From Ramazzottius varieornatus (lineage: Eukaryota > Animalia > Tardigrada), in NCBI GenBank assembly GCA_001949185.1, contig BDGG01000011.1, forward strand, positions 1,234,293 through 1,298,292: a stretch of 64,000 nucleotides of DNA. Direction: 5' to 3'. Below the pieces are notes generated by a model, which saw nothing but the letters and a program-made list of their open reading frames with translations, made no database searches and had not been told where the DNA came from. Shown piece after piece: positions 1 to 11,591 of the stretch. Every line of letters begins with the position of its first letter. Within the stretch, counting starts at the first letter, position 1. The translations under genes were made by a program, and so were the position numbers.

Positions 1-1160
1 AACCATACGGAAAAGTAGACCGGAAATTCCCTCTGCCTTTCTACCCAGTAAATACCGTGAAGTCCACTCCTCGCTGTTCGGCCATACTTCCGATTTCACC
101 TTGGTTTCCTATGTTCCAAAGAAAGGCAAGGCAGTAACTCTGCTCAGCTCCATGCACCTCGACGCGTAAGTGAAGCATGACGTTTGAGCATAACTTTGAT
201 CGAGCGCACCTTATGATCATTCGTGACGTGACGTCATGCACGAAAGATGCGTACTCATGGAGATTGTTGATCGAAAAGATGCGTGACGTCACTAAAATTT
301 TACAGTGTTGCGGCTAAGCTATCTTACACGATGACAGAACATCTGACGTCACAAGGTAATTTTACGTTTCAGCGACATTGACGAAAGTTCGAAAGAAGAG
401 AAGCCTGAAATTGTGATGGAGTACAACCGAACGAAAGCCGGGGTAGACACTCTGGACCAGCTCACCGGAAACTACAGTTGTCGACGTAAGACCAGTCGTT
501 GGCCGATGGCGTTGTTTTACGACATTCTGGACATCTCAGCGCTCGATGCGTACATCATATGGTGCGAGATCAACCCTGGTTGGAATTCCACGTTGCCCAC
601 CAAACGTCGGATGTTCCTTCAAGACGTTAGTAAGAAGATGATGCAACGACAGCTCCTGAGACATCCCACGACGCCTAGTATTAGTTTCAGCATGAAGAAA
701 TTCGTATCGACCGTTGTACCACGCGTCCAAGTATCTTCAGATCAAGCAGTAGATGAGATGGCCAACACAAGCAAACCGAAAGCATTGCAAAAGAAGCCAA
801 CTCGCTGTCGATTTTGCCCACGGAGTCTTGGGCGAAGAAGTATCATCACTTGCAGTCTGTGTAGTCTTCATGTTTGTTCTGTCCATAGATCAGCAAAACA
901 GATAGTTTTTTGTCTAGACTGCAGCGAGAAGAAATCTAAATGAAATCGAATATCAAAGTAAATCTACTGCATCATTACCCAGGTCAACTGGCGGTACACA
1001 GTGTTGTTTCCATATGGTATCGTTCGCCACTTCACGTGGGTGTATTTTGATTGGTCGCTTTGTACCGCCCCCCTTCTCTCGACCAGTTAAAACGGTGCGC
1101 AAGTGAGTTGTACCCTTGGTATTCTAACAGCATGAAATCGCGTGGTGCTCAGAGTGTTAA
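1..1160 (+). mobile_element. piggyBac DNA transposon, right portion, putative end at TTAA 1157..1160
   Basis: Transposase followed by GTGCTCAGAGTG|TTAA. The left end is outside the window, so the TIR cannot be confirmed. Confidence 0.6.
2..943 (+). CDS. piggyBac-family transposase, 3' part (5' end outside window), two exons 2..165 and 373..943
   Basis: Exon 1 reads TIRKSRPEIP...TLVSYVPKKGKAVTLLSSMH. A GT-AG intron 166..372 joins it in frame to DIDESSKEEKPEIVMEYNRTKAGVDTLDQ...RWPMALFYDILDISALDAYII, followed by the Cys/His-rich C-terminus CRFC..CSLC..HVC..H..CLDC typical of piggyBac. Confidence 0.9.
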
Positions 1161-2103
1161 GGCTTACAGTAGCTGCCCAAAGTACCTCCGAATGGGAACG
1201 AATCCCACAGGCGGTTGTCTCGAAGACAACCTTTTCCTCCAGACAGATGGGTGGAGGGATGTTTGGGCTATAAAGATATAGATACGATGACGTCATAAGG
1301 CGGCGCCTCTGATCACCTGCCGCAAAAATACACAAAAACTTTGACCCTCTCCAGAAGATTCGGGATTGCAAAGTTTGCATCGCTTTTTCGCCACAATGTA
1401 TGGTCATAGCCAACAAGCTTACTTCACGCCACGGAGAAAATGTTCAAAGATTGTTACCTTGAAAACATTGAGGAAAACACTTTCCGAAAACAGTTTTTCT
1501 ACACTTTCAAAGTATTTCTTGTTCGACCCTTCTAAGTCTCATGGGATAGTCTTTCCGCCGTAAATACGCATGACGTCGAAAAAGCGATGCAAACCATCGC
1601 TTTCTGAGTAAAAGTCTCATTGGGATCTGGGACTGTGTGGGAACGTAAGCCATAGAGGCCACAGGGCACAGGGCCTTCCCCCCATGATTTTCAGAGTTCC
1701 TAACTTTTTACATGGTTCCTGACTTTTAACAGACCTGCGAAGGTCCCCAGGTTTATCCGACCAGAAACTAGCTGAAAGACTGTTTCATTATCAGACCTGC
1801 ATCAGGTCGGGAACCGTCAAGCACCATACCGCGGCGGTGATACGTATCTGGCCTGGGACCAGTTAGGTTTCAGGCCATTTTATCATCTTCTCCACAGCGT
1901 CTGAATCAATCGGGTTGCACTGCCCGTGACACTCCCTTTTTCTATGTGCCCGTACTGGTTTAGCGTATACAGTGTCGGTAATACCAGCCAGGCGGTGATC
2001 ATTACTTTAGTCACAAACTTTTTGTCTTCATTGATTGATGCATTGAGTCCTCCGATCACTGGCTGGTGTTTCCGACAGACTAGTACACATTCTGCTTTAG
2101 CTA

Positions 2104-4793
2104 CGAGGTAAAACCAGCGAACTTGTCCATGCCAAATCGCATGGCGAACTTGCCCGCCTTGTATCTCGGAAAGTACTGACTGCTGTTGCGTGTTTATTGA
2201 GTCGTTATATAGCAGAAAACGTCTCGACTTTCCCCAGACTAGTCCGAAAGCAAAGGAGCATGCAGGAGACCTCCTATGAGGTCTTTCAGGAAGAGGGGTT
2301 GGTGCTATGTTAAAAAGCCTATGGGAAAAATTTTGAGCCAGTCGACGGAGGCACGCATGTCGCGTTTTCTGGTCTATGAGGGTGCGTCACTGGATCGTTA
2401 ATGAGCTGCACAGCACCATGTCTTCGCTGAAACCAGTTGGGTGACATATTTCCGTCGCGCTAACAATATGCGGTACGGTAATGCAACATTGCCAGTTTTC
2501 ATAAAAGAAATTTGCAAGCTTCTCGAGCTTGCTACGTTTATTTTCGAAAGGGATTACCACAAAATGCCTCAGTCTAAGCTTTGTACAGCAGCAGAAGTTA
2601 GCAAACAGATCATGGATGCCGCCATCCAAGCGGTGAAAACGGAGGAAATGAGCCAGCGTTCGAAACTACGGCATATGGTGTGAGTCGCAGCACGCTGAGG
2701 AATCGCCTCCAGAATCGTCACACGAGACATCAGGGTGGACAAACGAAGTTTTCCCCGCGAATGAAACGGAGTTAGTGGAGCTACTGAAAGCATGCTGTGA
2801 TATGGGGATTCCTCTAAATCGATATCACTGCTACCAGCTCTTCTCGCAGGTAGCGGTTGAACTCGGTAAGATTGGCAACTACTGTTATCCCCTTTGACAA
2901 TTACTTGCCAGCTAAATACCCCTTTCTTTGATTACAGATCTGCCGAACACTGCCTGTAACGCTCAGTCGTTTCGAATTTTTCTTGATCGTCATGACGAAA
3001 TTTCTCTCCGCATTGCGCATGCCTCGAACCGGAAACAAGACCGAGAATGGACAGCGGAAGTGTGCGAGGAGTACATCTCGAAGCTGCAGAAACTGTACGA
3101 TGAAGGATTTCTTAATACACCGGAGCAAGTCTGGAACTTGGACGAGACAGCATTTGATACTACCAACTTGTTCGACAGGGTGGTCGGGAGGAAAGGAATG
3201 AAGCAGATTCCGTCTCAGTACAACGGAACCGCAAAGGAGTGTGTCACGGTGCCACCGTGTGGGACTGCTGCTGGACTCCAGCTCAAGCTTCTGGCCTTAT
3301 ACGCGGGCAATTTGCACCTCAAGTCTCGTCTGGAAGACACTTTCAACATGTGTTACCATGCTGTAAATGAATCCGGATACATGGACCAGCTGATCTTCGC
3401 CAAATACATCAAGGAAGTCGTTTTTCCCGAGATAACAGCATTGCTGGTAAGTTTCGCTTATATTGTTGTGTCACGTCGAGGCATTTCAGGTGCAATTGTG
3501 AAAATTGTTCTGAAAAATGAAGATGCTTGTGATGTCAGTCGTCATGCCCGTTATGATTAGGGATTCCCTTCTTGATCTGTTTATGTTCTAGAACGTAATC
3601 CTCGTGGACGGCCACTTCTCTCATGCGAACAACCTTCTACTTGTTCGATATTGCCGAGATTTTTTCCAGGAGACAGGCAGACGTGTGGAGATCTTCTGTT
3701 CTCCGTCTGGCCAAACTTCTCGCCTTCAGCCTTTCGACGTGGCAGCATTCGGCGGAATTAAATACAGATGGAACAAGTACCGGCGCGTCAAAACAGGTGG
3801 ACCGGTATGTCAGGGAATCAGTTTGTATGTTTTTTACGAATTGAAAGTTTGAAATATTACACCTGATTGTCTTCTAGGTAACGAAGGATACCTTGCTTTC
3901 CCATCTGGTCATGTTGTGGTTTCGAACGGACGGGTTTCCGCAGGAGTTCGCTTTCAACGCCGAGACAAACCTGAAGTCGGGCTTTGCACAATGTGGCCTC
4001 TTCCCAATCAACCCCGACATGATCCGAAAGACAGTCAAGCCTTACACCGATCCGTCCATCCTTCAACGCGGAATCCGCCAGGTTCAGTCAGAGACAACCC
4101 CCGACAAGCTGGTGGAAGTGCTGCGCGCAGAGTACGGTATTACTGACGCCGATGGCCTGCAAGCGGTAAAAACCTGTGTCGAGAACGTTCTCAAGGGTCT
4201 CACCACCGGTAGGGTACTTGCGGGTGCAATGGCGAAGACACTGATGGCTGAAGCGCCTAAGAAGAAACGTCTGGGAAAGAACACCATGCTCAGACTGAAA
4301 GCTGGTGCTTTGATAACGTCAGACGAAATGGTGGCAGAAATCGAAGCGGAATCCGCCAGAAAGAAAGCCGTCCAAGCTGCTGCTAAAGCCGCCAAATCAT
4401 CAAGAGCACCTAAGCGAAAGGCACCGGAACCTGAACCAGTGTTAGAGCCTCCCGGAAAGAAAACCTCGAAAGCTACAACAAAGAAGCCACGCAGGAAGTG
4501 ATATCCTTCTCGATTTACCGTGGCCTTTCAATGATGTTCAACTCTTACCTCCCATGTTGAGAAAGAGTAAAAGATGCTCGCTGAAGCATTTATACTGTAT
4601 AATGGCAGGATAAATTCTGCGGAAAAATAGTTAGGTCACACCGCACTTCGTAATAGTTACCGTACGTTTGGGGACAGATACCACGAAATAGTTGCGGTTA
4701 GTGTGGCAATAGACGGTGCTTCCACCAAGCGGCCTTAAAGTGGACAAGTTCGCCATGCGATTTTGCATGGACAAGTTCGCTGGTTTTACCTCG
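2104..4793 (+). mobile_element. pogo/Fot1-like DNA transposon, full length, ~55-bp TIRs, TA target duplication
   Basis: TA|CGAGGTAAAACCAGCGAACTTGTCCATG at 2104 is mirrored by ...GTTCGCTGGTTTTACCTCG|TA ending at 4793. The element encloses a transposase gene. Confidence 0.92.
2563..4501 (+). pseudogene. pogo-like transposase (Psq HTH, CENP-B-type HTH, DDE_1), three predicted introns, 5' frameshifts
   Basis: MPQSK..IMDAAIQAVK..YGVSRSTLRNRL is broken by frameshifts. Catalytic motifs WNLDETAF, LVDGHFSH and LQPFDV are present. Predicted introns ~2867-2937, 3447-3591 and 3806-3877. Confidence 0.85.
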
Positions 4794-6010
4794 TACCGAT
4801 TTCAGCGGTGCCTATCCCCAACCCGCAAACAACGCCTGCTAACGTGCGCTGGCAAGCTGGGAAGTCGCAATGTCTCGAAGTTCGTATGCAGATTATGCAC
4901 CTAGCCAGAAAACAGTGCAAAACGCAGTACACGAAGAAACGGCAGGGCAGGCCGTGCAGCGAGTCACTACGCTAAAACATATTTGATTTAAACATATTTC
5001 ATATCTAAAACGTGGAACGTGGTAAAACAAGCTGCCGTACCCTGCATCACAGCACGTGTCAATGGAGTGGTCTTTCGGTAGAAGTTTACAGTCATCGTTC
5101 TCGGGGATATAATTGTCCGTAGCGGACGGTCCTTTAGGGCACAAGGATCGATCTGGACTAGATCCCACTGCGCAATGCCTCTCATCTGAATATTTTCGCA
5201 TGTTATTAGTTCCAGAAACCACCTGTTAAATGTTGAAAAATAACCTATTGACCCTATGCGTAGTTGATATACGAGAACGTCTGACACTTGCAAGCAGTTG
5301 CAATCATACCATTGGGTATGTACAATGCACTGGCTTGGGCTTTTCAAGCACGGTCGAGGTCAGGTTTGGAGCGGTAACTTCGTAATGCGTCCGGTTGAAG
5401 TTGATACATGTAGACACACGGCCATGTTTGTCGGTGAAATGGAAAATATGTTGTCCAGCAGATGTCAAAGTGATTGGTGATGTGTTAGTTCGAACTGCTG
5501 GAGCGCAGGATAAAACACTGGCTGTCATCACACAGGCCCAAAATAAAAGGGTGACACAAAAATTTAGCTGTACGCGGGCTGTACAGGAGATTCCATACAC
5601 GACAGAGTATTGGAATCCTTAACTGAGAGTTCAAGCCTTTTTTTCTGCAACAACATAAAATTTCCGAGTCGCCGAAATGCGCGTCATGGTATGGATGGTC
5701 GAAGCGTCGTCATTGCCGAATATTCTCATTGACGTCAAACGACAGAAAATTTGTCTGCTTTCCCTTTAAGTAATGGAAAGTTATGGCTGATGAGGTTTTA
5801 TATAAGTACGGGGTAATGAGGGAGGATCCGCCATGTCATGTGCGTCACAAAAACTGAGAACCACTCCATGTGTTATGGTGCCCTGCTATGGTTATCCATA
5901 TAAGCCGAAAGCCGACATGGTCGTTGTGCAGGAATTAACGCTCTAGCTTGATTTTCGCTCAGAAATTCTTCAGGACCCTAATCCGTCTTCTTGTGCCTTG
6001 ATTGACAATC

Positions 6011-7911
6011 ATGGACTTCCGGGTGTGTCTACTGCTGGGCTTCCTGCTGGTCGTCGTAGACTGCACTGGTGAGCCATCTAACCCAGTTTCATCTCTGTGT
6101 TACGAAGTAGATGGTTTACCGTATTGTTCGTGCACCTGATGCAGCATCCCGTTCAAAGCGAACCATCAACATACAGGCCGGCTACCTGCGATGGTCAACC
6201 CCCGGCGCAATCCCATATTACCTCGACACAGCCTACAGTACGTCTGATTGCAGCGACTCCAATTAGAAATATAATCCTTACTCTTGGTCGCACCTCCTTG
6301 TTTACTTGTTGCTACAGCCATGGAAGAGCAACTGCAGATCGCTGCAGCTATCCGAACCATCATATCTGACATGAGGAGCTGCATCGGTTTCACCTACACC
6401 GCACCCACTGCGCCTGTTTTCAAAGTCAAGATTACACCGTTTGCGGAAGACGGGTAAGGTTTGGCAAGTATCCGCTGTCAATAACATTTGCGAGATCAGC
6501 AGACAAACTGGAGCAGATCGTTGCCGCAGGTGGCGCACGTTTTCAGCCCAAAAACACTGTCAGCATGCGCCTCTTGGAAAGGCGACAAAATCGTTCGGCC
6601 GAGACGCGCAGGTTTACAGCCAGTAGCATTGGTAGTGTGCGGTACTCGAGACAGCCATCAGGTCGAGTTTGTTTGCCCAGTTCTGATCTCACGTTGATGA
6701 TTTTTTCTTTCATAGAAAAACACTGGAGCAGTACTGCTCCAGTGCGCCGGGTTTTGATCAGGCCAAACAAACAGCCGGCAAGACCGAGCAGCGCCTGGTT
6801 CTTGCCCGAGGACCCAACGGTTGCTTCACCGGAAAGAACCGTGATTTAATGAAGTATTTTGCGATACTTCTGGGCAAACGTTTTGAACATGATCGAGGCG
6901 ACCGCAACGACTACATCGATGTCAGCCAAACCGCTTTGGTAAACGGTACGTACAGTAGTCCCTTTCGAATGTGTGGTAGATTTCGGCGCAATTCCATGGT
7001 TGGCCCTAGATGCAAATAGTATCTATCGACCTTTTACTGCACAAGAAGCGTACTGGTCAGCCTTTCCATACGACTACTGCTCCATAACCCATAATCAACC
7101 TGCCGAGAATGGAAGGCCAGCAGCGTTCACGGTCAAGAAGGCGCCCTTCTTCATCCCGGCACTCAGCCGACTCAGCAACACAGACTGCCAGCTCATCAGT
7201 ATGCTGTATCCCAGCCAATGCGATCGAAAGAAGTGCGAGCCACGTGAGTATAAGTGCTGCAAGTCTGACAATTGCCCAGATGAGCCGACGGGTTTTATTT
7301 CTGATGTCCACAGTGGACTGTGCCGCTCAGGTCAACACCGTCTCTGCGAGTAATGCAACTTCAACCCCAGGATCCAGTACAGCGGCGTCCACCACGGGTC
7401 CAACAACGACAGCTCAAACCAGTTCCCAAACGGCATGTCCCACTGTCACAACAGCGGCGACGGCCACAACGACTGCTGGACCGACCATTCCTCCTTTCGT
7501 CAAGAGCACCTGTACCGACGGTGACTTTTCCATCTTTTGCAAGAAGGCTCCCACCGCGTCGTTATTGTACCAAGCTGGTGCGACGACGGACGACGATGTC
7601 TACGTCCTCATCAGTGGTAGGTGCTCTGTACAGGCATTAGAGGGCGCGGAAAAATATCTGACTTTCATACTGGATATGCTTCTGCAGGAAACTGTGCGAT
7701 GACGTATACGTTGGGCGAGAAACCGTTTCCGTCCGACCCAACCAAGTCGGTGATGGCGGTCGAACCAGTACTAACCGTTAACCAGACCGCCAACCCAGTT
7801 GACCTTTCGCTTCTCTTCCCGGGATACGACGCCCTGGGTCAGACCTTGCCCATCAACTTTGCCTTCACCGCCAGTAACAACGGTCCCACCTTTCTCTCCA
7901 ATTCGGCCAAC
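6011..7911 (+). CDS. Secreted astacin-like (M12A) protein without zinc ligands, with Thr-rich linker and C-terminal domain; 3' end runs into a gap
   Basis: Signal peptide MDFRVCLLLGFLLVVVDCT, then RSKR|TINI..RW...IPYYLD, SCIGF, LGKRFEHDRGDRNDYIDV and PYDYCSITH..LSNTDCQLISMLY. Multi-exon GT-AG structure. Confidence 0.82.
6500..6577 (+). repeat. GGCAAAC + 51-bp palindrome module, copy 1 (astacin intron)
   Basis: GACAAAC..GCAGGTGGCGCACG..TGCGCCTCTTGG. Confidence 0.65.
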
Positions 7912-8190
7912 GTAAGTTGTCCCCTCTTAGACCGACGCTGTTTTTTCATCGCAAGTCATTTACACAGCGAATGCTTGTANNNNNNNNNNNNNNNNNNNNN
8001 NNNNNNNNNNNNNNNNNNNNNNNNNNNNNCTCCCAGCCTCAGAGCAACCACGTTTGCGAGAGGCCAGCTGTCCGTCTTCTCTCTGCAAAAGAAAGAGGGT
8101 CTCTTCGTACCGACTGTCAGTAGTCGGACAATAGCAAACCGAGTACGACGGCTGGGAGACCGGCGAGCGAAACTGTACAAGATCGTCATC

Positions 8191-8269
8191 TGAAGTGGCG
8201 CAAACTGTCATTGTTACGGACTGAAAGCGTGCGCCACTTGGGATAACAGTGTGATACGTTTCGTTTGCC
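8191..8269 (-). repeat. Palindrome module, copy 2 (just after the WW exon donor site)
   Basis: GAAGTGGCGCA..GTGCGCCACTTGG..GTTTGCC. Confidence 0.75.
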
Positions 8270-8289
8270 GGCCTCTCGCTTTGACTTAC

Positions 8290-8654
<365 letters not shown>

Positions 8655-9232
8655 CTATTCACGGAGTAATCGATTGATGATCCTGACGATCCTCGGTAGA
8701 AAACCGCATTCTTAGTTTTCGGGGATATGGTGTACGATGACAACGTTATTAGCCGGACAATTAGCCGGTTAGGATACCTTCAGATTCTAAGCTGTGCTAC
8801 CAGTTCCCAATGCAAATTTTCCCGAGGTGGGGCTCATGCCTGTAAATAGCCCGCATTACTGTACTTGCTGACGCATATCAAAGCCGGTAAATCTGCGGAA
8901 AAATGACCGAAACCAGCGCTGCAGCGCTTGACCAGGTAATATGATAACACACAAGCATAAGCTGATCTCAACTACGGATGACGAATTAAGTGTGAGAGTT
9001 TCGCGATGACTTTGCGAGGAGCCAGTCTGGTTCAAAACAGTAGCCCACATGTCCAACAGGAAACGGCAACCCCATACACCATCTCCAAGATCGAGCTCTA
9101 AACACGCAAAGACCGACTTGATAAAATACATTGCTTGACGAACACTATGTTACAAAGACGAATGCACTGCTATTACGTATACAACTACGAAATCTTCGTT
9201 CTGCAGGAAACCTTGATAATGTTCTCCAGGCC

Positions 9233-9870
9233 TCAACTAAAAACTCGGACGCAGTCTTCGATGACAGCTCGGCAGACAGGGCACGTGGCAATCTCAAGCT
9301 TGTCAACGATTGTTTGAATGCACTGAGCGCACGTTTTTCCATGTCCACAAGGCATGATGACCACCACTGGACCAAATCGGAGGCATACAGCACATTCCAC
9401 ATCCACCAGGCTCGGAACGTTTTCTCTCGGAAGGTCCAGGTCACGAGCAGCCACACGTTGTCGCTCTTTGAGTCGTTCCTGTATTTGGAGTTCTAACTGA
9501 GCGTTCTGCTCTCGAAGGTGGTCTTGTTTGCGTAACTCCGTCTGGAAATCAGTCATGAGAACGTGCAGAACTTTGCTTCGTCGGTCGATGAGTCGAAGCA
9601 AGACACCTATCATGACGAGCACTACAATCTGCGAACACACAAAACATCAACTCATCCAGCACGTTAGTCAGAAAGTCGAGATGCAAGCTGTAGTCATTCA
9701 CTGAGATTATGTGATACACAATGTTGACATTACTTCCCGCTGGTGATCATAACCTGCCAACTTACCATGCACGGAATCATGGGAAACGACAGAAGCATTT
9801 CCGGATAACAAAGGACAGCAAGTAGAATGGTAGCCATTACGCAACTGAGAACCAATCGTCTGGCAGACAT
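9233..9870 (-). CDS. Membrane-anchored RING-HC E3 ubiquitin ligase (~166 aa; exons 9766..9870 and 9233..9628)
   Basis: Hydrophobic N-terminus MSARRLVLSCVMATILLAVLC..IVVLVMIGVLL, a coiled coil, and C-terminal CAVC..PCGH..CAQC..CPVCR. The phase-0 GT-AG intron keeps the frame. Confidence 0.82.
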
Positions 9871-10568
9871 GATGGCCTACAGAACGACAGCAGAAAGAAA
9901 TCGCGATCACATCCAGTAGCTTCGTCATCAAGCAACAAAATACTTTCCCAGTTATCCGCGAAATCCCACGTCTACAATTGCACGACGACACACTTTCGCT
10001 GATAGTCCATACGATGAGGTTTGGATGATTCAACGGGTTGAGATGCTGTTCGGGAGAGCAAGACGGAACGAGATCTCAAAATATACGTAGATCAAGCGAA
10101 TGCTTTTCTCCATCAACGATCGATTTGCTGCACGTAAAAAAATAGGAAATGAAGCCTTTGCGGCCATTGGTCAAATTATTCTGAAAGGAGACTCCTCACT
10201 GCGAACGTTGGAAAGGAGAACAGAGAACGGGGGCGGCCGAGACTGTGTAGACTACAGTCCCGCCTGTGTAGCGCACACTGGCATACCAAACTTTGCGCCC
10301 TTCATCCGCCGCACGATACACCGGAAACAGCTGTTTCTAACTTTTCTGATCAGCGTGTTGGGAAAACCGATCTTAGGATCCGATGCAGCACACCACCAGT
10401 CGCAGTTACGCCGATGGCTGCAAGAGCTGCTTCGTCGAGGTTCTGCAGCACTGGGTCGATGTCGAAGGCTTCTTTGGGCGGGCGACTCATCAATTACACC
10501 CAGAATACCATCGATCAAATCGGCCATGATGTTGGTTAGTATGCAGTAAAAGAGCATTGAAGAAGCTC

Positions 10569-10647
10569 GGCAAACAGTTTCGAATAGATGGTTTGCCCAA
10601 GTGACGCACTTTGTCGGTGAGTTTGGCTGGGAGAGCGTGCCACTTGG
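10569..10647 (+). repeat. Palindrome module, copy 3
   Basis: GGCAAAC..CCAAGTGACGCAC..GCGTGCCACTTGG. Confidence 0.7.
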
Positions 10648-10704
10648 AAAACTCGGCCGCCTCGGCATGATGGTTTTCCAAAGTGGCACACGTTTTTGGT
10701 ATTA

Positions 10705-11588
10705 CAGAATAGTAATCTGATTAGGTTGCCATGTGGATCCTGAGTAGCTTACAGTCTAAATTTATAGCTGGAGTCAGTCACTGTTTCACGAAGTGAGCAC
10801 ATCAGCTTTTTTCTCCCGCCCTCCCTCCCCATCTCCAGACGTCCCTTGTACCGTTGTTCCTTTTCTCTTCTCTAGAATAATGATTTGAACCATGTTTGGC
10901 TTTCTTGTAGTTACATTTCTATCTATTGCGGTTCGTTGTGTAGATGGTACTCAGCTTTTTGCCCGAGAAAACCTCAATACCGTTTTATGTATCGTCTGTA
11001 CACGTGTATTCTGCACATCTATCCTATGTTCAGCCGTTGCTCAGCTTGTGGCTTGTGCTCGAGTAAGCCGCCCAACACAATCCATTCTTCTTTCCTGTCT
11101 TCCTGATCTATCCGACACGCGAAGTAATTCCGGACCAGTTCCCTGTCTTTCCAGTCTTCCAGATCCACTTTCCAGTCTTTTGGATCCATTCCCCAGACGG
11201 CTTGGGCTTCCCTGTCGGTCTTCTCGTCCGGGTTCTGCGAACAGCTCCAAGGCCCGATCCACACTGACCGCGCGACGAACTTCTTTCAACGCCGAGCGAA
11301 GGCGTTTGGCGAGAGGCACCTCTGGTAACGTGGTAAGAACTTGACTATCATCTGGCCCAGCTGGGTATTTGGTACCGTAACGGTGTCGTCCACTAGGGCT
11401 ATCGCTGGCTACCGGAGGCATAGCCCCGTGTAGGCTCTGAGGTCGCGAGTTCGCCATCGAGAAGACTTAAAAAAGAGAGAAAAAAGCTGATGTGCTCACT
11501 TCGTGAAACAGTGACTGACTCCAGCTATAAATTTAGACTGTAAGCTACTCAGGATCCACCTGACAACCTAATCAGATTACTATTCTGT
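10705..11588. mobile_element. Non-autonomous TIR element (~110-bp TIRs, TA flanks) with an internal ORF 11041..11457(-)
   Basis: TA|CAGAATAGTAATCTGATTAGG...CAGCTTTTTTCTC (10705..~10815) is near-perfectly inverted at ~11477..11588|TA. Confidence 0.88.
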
Positions 11589-11591
11589 AAT

